In this document: piece by piece, positions 1 to 12,700 of the stretch
How the letters are laid out: each line of letters opens with the position of its first letter
Numbering within the stretch: the stretch's first letter is position 1
Assembly (NCBI RefSeq): GCF_028368995.1
Contig: NZ_JAQNDL010000001.1
Span: 1,504,001-1,568,000 of the forward strand
Direction: 5' to 3'
DNA length: 64,000 nucleotides
Source of the DNA: Nannocystis bainbridge
GTDB taxonomy: Bacteria > Myxococcota_A > Polyangia > Nannocystales > Nannocystaceae
Made by a program: the position numbers and the translations under genes
Notes under the pieces: generated by a model
Databases searched by the model: none
What the model was told of the DNA's origin: nothing
What the model saw: only the letters and a program-made list of their open reading frames with translations

Positions 1-156
1 CTCAAGTTCCTGTCGCGCTTCCCGCATTTCCAGGGGCAGTACGTGCTGCACTGCCACATCTTGGAGCACGAGGACGAAGGCATGATGCAGATCGTCGAGG
101 TGCAGCAGGCAACATGCCCGCCGCCGCCGACGGGCGACACTTGCGAGGCCGTATGA
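1..156 (+). CDS. Multicopper oxidase, C-terminal fragment (gene runs in from left edge)
   Basis: Manual frame +1 translation LKFLSRFPHFQGQYVLHCHILEHEDEGMMQIVEV...* contains the HCHxxxHxxxxM T1/T3 copper motif; TGA at 154-156. Not in the ORF track. Confidence 0.9.
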   Translation, partial: LKFLSRFPHFQGQYVLHCHILEHEDEGMMQIVEVQQATCPPPPTGDTCEAV

Positions 157-280
157 CCCTCACGACCTCTCGAGCGCGCTGACCCGAGCACCACCACTGC
201 CTTGAATGCCCGTGGTGAACCGGGGAGCGCAGACGACCATCCTGCGATGGTGCGTGCAATCGCACTCGACATTCGCCAGC

Positions 281-311
281 CGGGCGCCCATCGGGCGCCC
301 ATCGGGCGCCC
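281..311. repeat. 11-bp tandem repeat (CGGGCGCCCAT) x~3 upstream of the NRPS
   Basis: cgggcgcccat cgggcgcccat cgggcgccc; each unit contains the palindrome GGGCGCCC. Confidence 0.75.
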
Positions 312-724
312 GCCCGTGGATCGATGACGGCAGCACCACGACTCGTTCGATTTCCCCCGATAAGTCCGCCATTTCGCAACCCTGCGAATATCGAGAGAAA
401 TATGGCAGGAGTGGCGACGCGCCCCCGACAGGGCGTGAAACGACGTCGGGGGCCCGATGATGTCCTTTCTCTCTTCAGAGACGAGCCGAATAGGAGCGCA
501 GTTTTTTTCGATGTCGGCAAGCTCCGGGTCACTGCAGGGCGGCCGCGAGGGCGGTACCGCCACCGCAATCGCGGCTGAGGAGACGAGGTTGCCGAATTCG
601 ATCACGAGGGCCGGTGGATCCAGGGTTCGACCCGCGGACACGGGCGTGGTGCATCCCGTGATCGGCGCGACGCTCGCCACGGCGAGCGCGCGGATGAATG
701 CCAGGGCATCGGTCAGGAATTAAC

Positions 725-3700
725 ATGAGCATGCACGACGAGAGCCGGGACGTTCGAGGGTTCGAGCCGAGGACTGAACAGAATGTCGCTGCGCAGCAGG
801 ATGCAGGCAGCCCCGCCGACGCGGGGGACGTGCTCCGCTGGGCCGGCATGGCCGACCCGAACAGCCCGATCGGTCGCCTGCCTCAGTTCGCCTCGGACGA
901 GCTGCGTCAGCTTGCGGCGTGGAACGACACGGCGGTGGCGTATCCACCGGCGCGGTGCATCCACCAGCTCTTTGAAGATCAGGCCGCGCGCACGCCCGAC
1001 GCCGTGGCGCTGGTGTTCGGCGATCAGCGACTGTCGTACCACGAGCTCGACGAGCGCGCGAACCAGCTGGCCCATCACCTCTGCGGGCTGGGCGTCAGCC
1101 CGGAGGTACTGGTCGGACTGTGTGTCGAGCGCTCGCTCGAGATGGTCGTCGGCCTGCTGGCGATCCTCAAGGCAGGCGGGGCCTATGTGCCGCTCGACCC
1201 GGGCTATCCGCGCGAGCGGCTGGCCTTCATGCTGAAGGACGCGCGGCCCGCCGTGCTGCTCACGCAGGCGCACCTGCGAGACAGCCTCCCGCCGCACGAC
1301 GTTGCGATCGTGCAGCTCGACGAGGGCGATTGGCAGCACCAGCCGCGTACGCCTCCTGCGGTCGACGTCGGCCCCGATCACGCGATCTACGTCATCTATA
1401 CCTCGGGCTCGACCGGGCAGCCCAAGGGCGTGCTCAACACCCATCGTGGCCTCTACAACCGCCTGCGCTGGATGCAGCGGGCCTACGGTCTGAAGGCGAG
1501 CGACGCGATCTTGCAGAAGACGCCGCTGTCGTTCGACGTGTCCGGCTGGGAGCTGTGGTGGCCGCTCATCGAGGGCGCCCGCATGGTGATCGCCGCGCCC
1601 GAGGGGCACAAGGATCCGCGTTACCTCGCGGCGATCCTCGCGGCGGCCGACGTCACCGTGGTCCATTTCGTGCCGTCGATGCTCGCCGTGTTCCTGGCCG
1701 CGACCGAGCCCCGCGAGCGCGCTTCGCTGCGCCTCGTGTTCGCCAGCGGCGAGGCCTTGCCCGAGCACCTGCGCGCCGCCTGGTATGCGGGCAACCGCGG
1801 CGAGCTCCACAACCTCTACGGCCCCACCGAGGCCGCCATCGACGTCACGAGCCACGCCTGCCGGCCCGACGAGACGGGGCCGGTGCCGATCGGCAAGCCG
1901 ATCGACAACACCCGCACCTACGTGCTCGACGCTGCATTTCGGCCGGTCCCCGTCGGCGTCGCTGGGGAGCTGTATCTCTCGGGCGTCCAGCTCGCGCGCG
2001 GCTACCTTCATCGCCCAGGACTCACGGCGGAGCGATTCGTGCCCGATCCGCTCGTGCCCGGCGCTCGGATGTACCGCACCGGCGACCTTGCCCGCTTTCG
2101 CGACGATGGCGCGCTCGAGTTCCTCGGCCGCATCGACCACCAGGTCAAGATCCGCGGCTTCCGCATCGAGCTCGGCGAGATCGAGGCCGCCATCGCCGCG
2201 CATCCCTCGGTGCGCGACTGCGTCGTCGTGGCGCGCGAGGATGCAACCGGTGACAAGCGGCTGGTGGCTTACGTGGTCGGCAAAGACGCCACCGCGAGCG
2301 AGCTGCGAGAGCGCCTCGGCGCGACGGTGCCGGAGTACATGGTGCCCTCGGCGTTCGTCTTCCTCGACGCGCTGCCGCTCAATCCCAGCGGCAAGGTCGA
2401 TCGCAAGGCCCTGCCCGCCCCCGAAACGACGCGTAGCGCGACAGAGACCTACGTCGCGCCGCGCACCGACGTCGAGCGCGCCCTCGTGGCCATCTGGGAG
2501 GAGCTGCTCGAGGTCCGCCCCATCGGCGTGCGCGATGATTTCTTCCTGCTGGGTGGTCATTCGCTGCTCGCCTTTCGCGTCCTGTCCGCCATCCAGGCCC
2601 GATTCGGGAGCGCGCCGAGCCTGACCGCGCTGCTTCGCAACCCGACGATCGAGGCGCTGGCGGTGCTCTGGGACCCGCGGGCAGAGCGACCGGCGCCCCC
2701 GATCAGCCTATTGCCGCGAGCGGACGGCGAGGCGCCGTTCGCGGGCCTGTCGGGCACGGAGCGGCGGATCTGGTTCCTCGAGAAGCTGTCGCCGCAGGCG
2801 CGGTCGTACCAGATCCCGCACGTGTTCGAGGTTGCGTCCGCGCTGTGTGTCCGGGCCCTGCGGGACAGCGTGGACGCGTTGGTCTTGCGTCACGCGATCC
2901 TCCGTACGACCTATCCGGAGGTCGACGGCGCGCCGCGGCGAGAAGTGGCGGACGACGTGTCGATCCCGATCCGCGTCGAGGACGTCTCGGCGCTGCCCGC
3001 AGCGCAGCGCGATCCGGCGTTGCGGGCCATGCTCGCCGCGGAGGTGGAGTCCCGCTTCGACCTCGAGCGCGGGCCCCTGACCCGGGTCCTGGCCGTGACG
3101 ACCGCCGCGGACCGGCACGTCGTCGTCGTGCATCAGCATCACATCATCACCGACGAGTGGTCCTGGGGGCTGCTGCTCGCGGAGCTGTCGTCCCTTTACG
3201 AAGCATCGCGCCGCGGGCAGACGACCGCGCTGGCTCCCCTCGCCTACCAGTATTCGGATTATGCGCGTGCAGAGCGAGCGGCGCTCGCGGGCGACGGGTT
3301 GGCGGCGTCGCGGGCCTACTGGAAGCAGGCCCTCGTCGAAGTCCCGCGGCTCGACCTCTCGATCGTCGCTCCCGCTGCGGGAGCGGTCTCGGGGCCCGAA
3401 GGTTTTGTCTCGCTCCGCCTGTCGCCAGAGGCGAGCCGCCAGCTCCAGGCGCTCGCCCACGAGAGCGCCGCGACCCCCTTCATGGCCTGGTATGCCGCGC
3501 TCGCGGCTGTGCTGTCGCGCTACAGCGGCCAGCAGGACTTCGGGCTCGGCGCGGTGGTGGCCAACCGCCAGATCGCCGGGACCGAGGGGATGCTGGGGTT
3601 CTTCACCAACACGGTGGTGCTGCGCACCGACCTCGCGGGCGATCCGACCTTCGCCGAGCTGCTCGCGCGGGCGCGACGGACCGCGCTCGATGCCTACGAG

Positions 3701-6700
3701 CACCAGGCGCTGCCTTTCGACGTCGTCGTGCAAGATCAGGGGCTGGCGCGACAGGCCGGAGAGAATCCGCTGTTCGACGTCACCTTCTTCGAGGTGACGC
3801 CGCCGACGACGGGCGCCGCGGCCGGCTGGTCGCCGCGCCTCGGCGCGGTGCCGGAGGGCGTGACTACCGCCAAGAATGCGCTGGCAGTGTCGGTGCAGCA
3901 CACGGCCGAGGGGACTGTCGTCGAAGTCCTGTACGACACCACACGCGTCTCGAGAATCGCGGCCGAGCGGTTGTGTGGGCACCTGAGCACGCTGGTCACC
4001 GACGCCGCCGCGCATCCGGACCGACGGGTCTCCGAGCTCGAGCTGCTGACCGACGAAGAGATCGAGAAGCTCGCGGCTTGGAACGACTCGCCGCCGACCG
4101 ATCCTGCCGCGCGGTGCATTCACGAATTGATCGCCGAGCAGGCGGTCAGAGCACCGCAGGCCGTGGCGCTCGAGCAGGACGGGCAGCCGCTGAGTTACGG
4201 CGAATTCGAGGCACAGGTCAACCGGCTGGCGCACCACCTGCGCGCGCTCGGCGTCGGGCCCGAGGTCCGCGTCGCTTTGTGCGTGCAGCGATCGTTCGAC
4301 ATGGTGATCGGCCTGGTCGCCATCCTGAAGGCCGGGGGCGCCTTTGTGCCACTCGATCCCTCGTATCCGCCGGACCGGCTCTCGCTGCTGCTGGCCGAGG
4401 CGGGGGCGCCGGTACTGCTGACGCACGCGGCCATCGAGGGTCGTCTCGCAACACCAAACGTGACGGTGGTGCGCCTCGATGTCGACGCGGCGCAGTGGGC
4501 CTCGTTACCCACCACCCCGCCCGCGAGCGGCGTGACCCTCGACCACGCCAACTACGTCGTCTTCACCTCGGGCTCCACCGGCAAGCCCAAGCCGGTGATC
4601 AACGAACATCGAGGCCTCGCCGCCCGCGTCGCCTTCCAGCGCCGGCACATAGCAGTCCACCCCGGCGATCGAATCCTCTTCAGCGCCGCCATCGCTTTTG
4701 ACGGCGCGATCGTCGACTGGATGCTCTCGCTGTGCAACGGCGCCACCTGCGTGTTGCCCAGCAACGCCCTCGACGCCGTCGAGGGCATCGCCGAGTGCCT
4801 CGAGCACCGCGCCATCACCTTCTCCTTCATCCCGCCTGCGATGCTGCGTGTGCTCCGCTGCCGCGCGCCGGCGCTGCGCCACATCACCCTCGCGGGTGAC
4901 AAGACATCGCCCGCGCTGGTGGCTCAGTGGGCCGAGGGCCGCCAGGTCCTCAACTCCTACGGCCCCACCGAATTCAGCATCTTCGCTGCGCAGGCCTGGT
5001 TTGATCCGTCGCGGCCGGAGCGGTTCTCGATCGGCCGGCCCGTGCATGGCGTTCGAATCCACCTGCTCGATGGCAAGATGCGACAGGTCCCGATCGGCAT
5101 GCCGGGTGAGATCCACCTCGCCGGCGTCGGCCTGGCCCGCGGTTATTTGAATCGCCCCGCCATGACCGCCGAGCGGTTCTTGCCGGATCCCTTCGCGAGC
5201 CAGCCCGGCGCCCGCATGTATTGCACCGGCGACCTCGCCCGCTGGAACGAGGACGGGGAGCTCGAGTTCCTCGGCCGCGTCGATCATCAGGTCAAGATCC
5301 GCGGCTTCCGCGTCGAGCTCGGCGAGGTCGAGGCGGCGCTCGCGTCTCACCCCGCGGTCGCATCGTCCGTCGTCGTCGCGCGCGAGGACTCGCCGGGCAG
5401 CACCCGCCTCGTCGCCTATGTCGTGGCGAAGCACGAGGCGCTCACGGCGGCCTCGCTGCGCGAGCACCTGCGAGGCGACCTGCCCGACTACATGCTCCCG
5501 TCGGCGTTCGTCTTCCTCGACGCCCTGCCGCTGTCCAACAACGGCAAGATCGATCGCAAGGCCCTGCCCGCTCCCGAGGCGATGCGCGGCGCCGACGAGG
5601 CCTTCGTCGCTCCGCGCACCGCAGCGGAGCGAGCGCTCGCCGAGGTCTGGTCGGAGGTGCTGCGCATCGCGGCGGTGGGGCTCCACGACAACTTCTTCGC
5701 CCTGGGCGGAGACTCGATCCTGGCGATCCAGGTGGTCGGCCGGGCCAAGCGAGCCGGCTTGCACGTGACAGTGCGCGACATGTTCATGCACCAGACGGTC
5801 GCGGAGTTGGTGCAGGTGGCGCGCAGCTCGAGCGCGGCCGTGGCCGAGCAGGCGGTGACCGGCACGGCCGCGCTGACGCCGAGCCAGCAGTGGTTTTTCA
5901 GCAAGAACCCCGAGGAGGCCCACCACTTCAATCAGGCCTGGATGTGGACACCGTCGCCCGCGCTGTCGCCCGCGCTCGTGGCCGAGGCGCTGCAGGTCGT
6001 CTTGCGGCAGCACGACGCGCTGCGCTTGCGGTATGATCATAGTGAATCCGGGTGGGTCCAGATCCACGCGGAGGACGCGGCGCTGCCGCTCGCGCGCATC
6101 GACCTCTCGGCGCTGCCACCCGACGTGCGCAGGGCGGCCGTGGAGGCGTCGGCGGACGACCTGCAAGGCAGCCTGTCGCTGTCCGCGGGTCCGGTGGCCC
6201 GCGCGGCGTGGCTGGACCTGGGCGAGCAGGGCACGCGGCTGCTGCTCGTGGTGCACCACCTCGTGGTGGACGGGGTGTCTTGGCGGATCTTGCACGAGGA
6301 CCTGGAGCGCGTGTGCGAGGCCCTGCTGGCCGGACGGACCCCGGCGCTCGCTGCCAAGACGACCTCGTTCCGGCAGTGGTCGGAGCGGCTTCACACATTC
6401 GTCGCCGCCGGCGGCCTGTCGCAGGAGCTGGACTTCTGGCGAGCCCAGTGCGCGCGCGGCATCACGCCGCTGCCGCGAGATCGCGAGGCGGCGCCGGGCA
6501 CCGTCGGTGACAGTCGCACGGTCGACGTGGAGCTGTCCGAGGCAGAGACCCGGGCGCTGCTTCACGACGTGAGCGCGGCCTACCGCACCGAGATCAATGA
6601 TGTCCTGCTCTCGGCGCTCGCGGCGGCGCTGAGCAAGTTCTGCGACACGGACACGGTGTGCGTCACCCTCGAGGGGCACGGCCGCGAGGCGCTGATCGAG

Positions 6701-9700
6701 GACGTGGAAGTGTCCCGCACCGTCGGCTGGTTCACTTCGATGTTCCCGGTGTGGCTGACGGTCCCGGCGACCGACGACCCCGGGACATTGCTGAAGGGGA
6801 TCAAGGAGCAGCTCCGCTCGGTGCCGAACCGGGGCGTCGGCTACGGCTGGCTGCGGTACGCACATTCGGACGAGGCGGTGCGCGCCGCACTCTCGGTCGA
6901 TCCGCCGGTGGTGTTCAACTACCTCGGGCAGTTCGACATGGGGACGCAAGGCCGGTCGATGTTCGCACCGGCGGCGGAGCCGACGGGGAGGACCACGAGC
7001 TCGCGAATGGCGCTGTGGCACGCGCTGGCGGTGAACGGCGGCGTGTGGCAGGGCCGGCTGCGGTTCGAATGGACGTACAGCGCGGCGATTCACGACGAAG
7101 CGACGGTGGCGCGGCTCGCCGCGCGGTTCGTCGCCTCGCTGCGGCGAATCATCGATCATTGCGCGGCGGGCGAAGCGTTCGGATACACGCCCTCGGACTT
7201 CCCGCTGGCGCGGATCGAGCAACCAGCCCTGGACGGACTGTTCGGGGCGATGCGCGACGTCGAGAGCGTCTACCCGCTTTCGCCGCTGCAGGCTGGGCTG
7301 CTTTTCCACGCCCTGAACGAGCCGGAGTCGCCGACCTACACCGTCCAGCTCGCGCTGCAATTGGGCGGCGACGTCGACGCGACGGCGCTCGAGAGCGCGT
7401 GGAAGACCGTGCTCGCGCGCCACGCGGTGTATCGCACGGCCTTCTTGTGGCAGGGGGTCCCGGAGCCGCTGCAGGTGGTGCGGAGGAGCGTCGAATTCGC
7501 GATGCCGACGCACGACTGGTCCTCGCTGGAAGTCGCCGAGGCGGAGGCGCGGTGGGAGGCGCTGCGGCGCGAGGAGCGGGCGGCCGGCTTCGATCTGGGG
7601 CGGGCCCCGCTGGCGCGAGTCGTGCTCGTGCGTTTGCCTGGCGGCCGGACGTGGATGCTCAAGACGACGCATCACATCCTGGCCGACGGCTGGTCGATGC
7701 CGGTCGTGCTCGGCGAGCTGCAGGCCGCCTATGCCGCGAACCGGGGCGGGCGCCGGCTCGCGCTGCCGGAGCCGGTGGCCTACGAGCGGTACATCGCCTG
7801 GCTCGCGACGCGCGACCAGGCGGCGTCGTCGGCGTTCTTCGCAGCGTACCTGGCCGGCGTCGAGGAGCCGACCCGGCTGCCGTTCCCGCCGCCCGCACAG
7901 GCGCCCGCAGAGGCGACGCGAGAGCACGAGCAGCGGGATGCCTCGCTGACCGCGGCCGAGACCGAGGCGCTCACGGCCTTTGCGCGGCGGCACGGGCTGA
8001 CCCTGAACACGGTGGTGCAAGGGGCGCTCGCGCAGCTCCTCGGCCGCACCACGGGGCGCACGGATGTCGTCTTCGGCGTGACGACCTCCGGTCGCAGCGC
8101 GCCGCTCCGCGGCATCGAGCGGATGGTGGGCCTGTTCATCAACACGTTGCCGCTGCGGGCCCGCTGGTCCGGCTCGGAGATCGTGCTCGAATGGCTGCAG
8201 CGACTGCAAGCCGAGCAGGTCGAGCTGCGCGTGCACGAGGCGACCCCGCTTTACGAGGTGCAGCGCGCGAGCGCGGTGGGTGGCGGTCGCGCGCTGTTCG
8301 ACACGCTGCTGGTGTTCGAGAACTACCCGGTGGACGAGGCGGCGCAGCAGGCCGAGGCCCTGCCGATCGTGGACTTCCAGGCCTTCGAGCAGACGAGCTA
8401 TCCGCTGGCCATCACGGTGGCGGTGGGGACGACCCTCGACCTGCGCTGGATGTGGGAACCCGCGGCGCTGCGCGGCGAGGACATCGAGCAGCTGTGGGGG
8501 CACCTGCGAACGGTCCTCCTCGACATGGTCGCGCACCCGGGCAGGCGCTTGTCCGAGCTCGGCCTGCTGACAGAGGCGGAGCACGCGACGCTGGCGGCGT
8601 GGAACGACACGGTGGTGGCGTATCCGCCGGCGCGGTGCATCCACGCGCTGTTTGAAGAACAGGCCGCGCGCACGCCCGACGCCGTGGCGCTGGTGTTCGG
8701 CGATCAGCGACTGTCGTACCGCGAGCTCGACGAGCGCGCGAACCAGCTGGCCCATCACCTCTGCGGGCTGGGCGTCAGCCCGGAGGTACTGGTCGGACTG
8801 TGTGTCGAGCGCTCGCTCGAGATGGTCGTCGGCCTGCTGGCGATCCTCAAGGCGGGCGGGGCCTATGTGCCACTCGACCCGGGCTATCCGCGCGAGCGGC
8901 TGGCCTTCATGCTGAAGGACGCGCGGCCCGCCGTGCTGCTCACGCAGGCGCGCCTGCGAGACAGCCTCCCGCCGCACGACGTTGCGACCGTGCAGCTCGA
9001 CGAGGGCGATTGGCAGCGTCAACCGCGTACGTCCCCGGCGGTCGACGTCGGCCCCGATCACGCGATCTACGTCATCTACACCTCGGGCTCGACCGGGCAG
9101 CCCAAGGGCGTGCTCAACACGCATCGCGGCCTCTACAACCGCCTGCGCTGGATGCAGCGGGCCTACGCTCTGAAGGCGAGCGACGCGATCTTGCAGAAGA
9201 CGCCGCTGTCGTTCGATGTGTCCGGCTGGGAGCTGTGGTGGCCGCTCATCGAGGGCGCCCGCATGGTGATCGCCGCGCCCGAGGGGCACAAGGATCCGCG
9301 CTACCTCGCGGCCGTCCTCGCGGCGGCCGACGTCACCGTGGTCCACTTCGTGCCGTCGATGCTCGCCGTGTTCCTGGCGGCGACCGAGCCCCGCGAGCGC
9401 GCTTCGCTGCGCCTCGTGTTCGCCAGCGGCGAGGCGTTGCCCGAGCACCTGCGCGCCGCCTGGTATGCGGGCAACCGCGGTGAGCTCCACAACCTCTACG
9501 GCCCCACCGAGGCCGCCATCGACGTCACGCGCCACGCCTGCCGGCCCGACGAGACGGGGCCGGTGCCGATCGGCAAGCCGATCGACAACACCCGCACCTA
9601 CGTGCTCGACGCTGCATTTCGGCCGGTCCCCGTCGGCGTCGCTGGGGAGCTGTATCTCTCGGGCGTCCAGCTCGCGCGCGGCTACCTTCATCGCCCAGGA

Positions 9701-12700
9701 CTCACGGCGGAGCGATTCGTGCCCGATCCGCTCGTGCGCGGCGCTCGGATGTACCGCACCGGCGACCTTGCCCGCTTTCGCGACGACGGCGCGCTCGAGT
9801 TCCTCGGCCGCATCGACCACCAGGTCAAGATCCGCGGCTTCCGCATCGAGCTCGGCGAGATCGAGGCCGCCATCGCCGCGCATCCCTCGGTGCGCGACTG
9901 CGTGGTCGTGGCGCGCGAGGATGCCACCGGCGACAAGCGGCTGGTGGCTTACGTGGTCGGCGACCAAGCCATCGTGAGCGAGCTGCGAGAGCGCCTCGGC
10001 GCGACGGTGCCGGAGTACATGGTGCCCTCGGCGTTCGTCTTCCTCGACGCGCTGCCGCTCAATCCCAGCGGCAAGGTCGATCGCAAGGCCCTGCCCGCCC
10101 CCGACGCGAGCCGCGGTCCGGCCGAGACGTTCACGGCGCCGCGCACCGACGTCGAGCGCGCCCTCGTGGCCATCTGGGAGGAGCTGCTCGAGGTCCGCCC
10201 CATCGGCGTCCGCGATGATTTCTTCGCGCTCGGCGGCCACTCGCTGCTGGCGGTGCGCGTCGTCTCGGCGGTGAAGGCTCGGCTCGGGTTCGGGCTGACG
10301 CTCGCCACCTTGCTGCGACGACCGACGATCGCGGCCCTGGCGGCGTCACTCGCCGGGATCGAGACACAACCGGGACCCGCGCTCTCGCCCGCCCCGCGCG
10401 GCGCGGCCGAGCCCGCGTACGACGGCCTCTCGGGGACCGAGCGGCGGATCTGGTTCGTCGACAAGCTCGCGCCCGAGGCCCGGTCGTACCAGGTCCCGCA
10501 CGTGTTCGTCGTCCGCGGCGCGCTCTCGCTGCCGGCGCTGCGCCAAAGCGTGGAGCGGCTGGCGGAGCGGCAGGAGATCTTGCGCACCACCTACCCCGAG
10601 GTCGACGGCGCGCTGATGCGAAGGGTGGCGGACAGTGTGGCGATCCCGCTGCGCGTGGAGGACGTCTCGGCGCTGTCCGATTCGGCGCGAGAGGTGGCCC
10701 TGCGCGCCCACCTCGAGGCCGAGATCGCCGTCCCCTTCGATCTCGCGACCGGCCCGCTGACGCGCGCCCTGGTCGTGAGCCTGGCGGCCGAGCACCACGT
10801 CGTGCTCGTCCTTCAGCACCACATCATCACCGACGAGTGGTCCAGCGGCGTGCTGCTGTCCGAGCTCTCACGCCTTTACGAGGCGTGCTGCCGCGGCGAG
10901 GCGGCGGAGCTGCCGGCGCTCGCCTACCAGTTCGCCGACTACGCCCGCGCCGAGCAAGCGGCGCTCACGACCGGTGGCTTCGCGGCGTCTCGGGCGTACT
11001 GGAAGCACCAGCTCGCGGGCGTGCCGCGGCTCGAGCTGCCCATCGTTCGCACCGGCCCGGAGCGCGGCCCCGAGGCGAGCGTCACGCTCGGCGTCCCGCC
11101 GGCGGCGAGCCGCGCCTTGCAAGCGCTCGCGCGCGACCACGGATGCACGCCCTTCATGGCCTGGTACGCGGCGCTCACGGCGGTGCTGTCGCGCTACAGC
11201 GGCCAGACGGACTTCGGGCTCGGCGCGGTGATCGCCAACCGCGAGGTCGCGGGCACGGCCGATTTACTCGGGTTCTTCACCAACACGGTGGCGCTGCGCA
11301 CCGACCTCGCGGGCGACCCGAGCTTCGCCGAGCTGCTCGCGCGGGCGCGACGCACTGCCCTCGATGCCTACGAGCACCAGGCGCTGCCGTTCGACGTCGT
11401 CGTGCAAGAGCAGGGGCTGGCGCGACAGGCCGGAGAGAATCCGCTGTTCGACGTGACCTTCTTCGAGGTGACGCCAGCGAAGGGCGACGCCGCGGCCGGC
11501 TGGTCGCCGATTTCCGGTCCGGTGCCGCGAGGTGTGACGACGGCCAAGAATGCGCTGGCCGTGTCCGTGCAGCACACGGCCGAGGGGACTGTCGTCGAGG
11601 TGCTGTACGACACCACACGCGTCTCACGAGTCGCGGCCGAGCGGTTGTGCGGGCACCTGAGCACGCTGGTGACCGACGCCGCTGCGCATCCGAATCGACG
11701 GGTCTCCGAGCTCGATCTGCTGACGGATGAGGAGACCGAGAAGCTCGCCGCGTGGAACGACACGCCACGCACCGATCCTGCCGCACGATGCATTCACGAG
11801 TTGATCGCCGAGCAGGCGGTCAGAGCACCGCAGGCCGTCGCGCTCGAGCAGGACGGGCAGCCGCTGAGTTATGGCGAATTCGAGGCACAGGTCAACCGGC
11901 TGGCGCACCACCTGCGCGCGCTCGGTGTCGGGCCCGAGGTCCGTGTGGTCCTCTGCGTCGAGCGATCGTTCGACATGGTGATCGGTCTGGTCGCCATCCT
12001 GAAGGCCGGGGGCGCCTTCGTGCCGCTCGACCCCTCGTATCCATCGGACCGGCTCTCGCTGCTGCTGGCCGAGGCCGGCGCGCCGGTACTGCTGACGCAC
12101 GCGGCCATCGAGGATCGTCTCGCAACACCAAACGTGAAGGTGGTGCGCCTCGATGTCGACGCGGCGCAGTGGGCCTCGCAACCGAGCACGCCGCCCGCGA
12201 GCGGCGTGACCCTCGACCACGCCAACTACGTCGTCTTCACCTCGGGCTCCACTGGCAAGCCCAAGCCGGTAGTCAACGAGCATCGAGGCCTCGCCGCCCG
12301 CGTCGCCTTCCAGCGCCGGCACATCGTCGTCCATCCCGGCGATCGCATCCTCTTCAGCGCCGCGATCGCCTTTGACGGCGCGATCGTCGACTGGATGCTC
12401 TCCCTCTGCAACGGCGCCACCTGCGTATTGCCCAGCAACGCCCTCGATGCCGTCGAGGGCATCGCCGAGTGCCTCGAGCACCGCGCCATCACCTTCTCCT
12501 TCATCCCGCCTGCGATGTTGCGTGTGCTCCGCTGCCGCGCGCCGGCGCTGCGTCACATCACCCTCGCGGGTGACAAGACATCACCCTCACTGGTGGCTCA
12601 GTGGGCCGAGGGCCGACAGGTCCTCAACTCCTACGGCCCCACCGAGTTCAGCATCTTTGCGGCCCAGGCCTGGTTCGATCCGTCGCGCCCGGAGCGGTTC

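Noticed and set aside
4505-10240. 1911-aa minus-strand ORF (also 713..2560 and 14015..17914)
   Set aside because: Antisense shadows of the NRPS caused by high-GC codon bias; no motifs.
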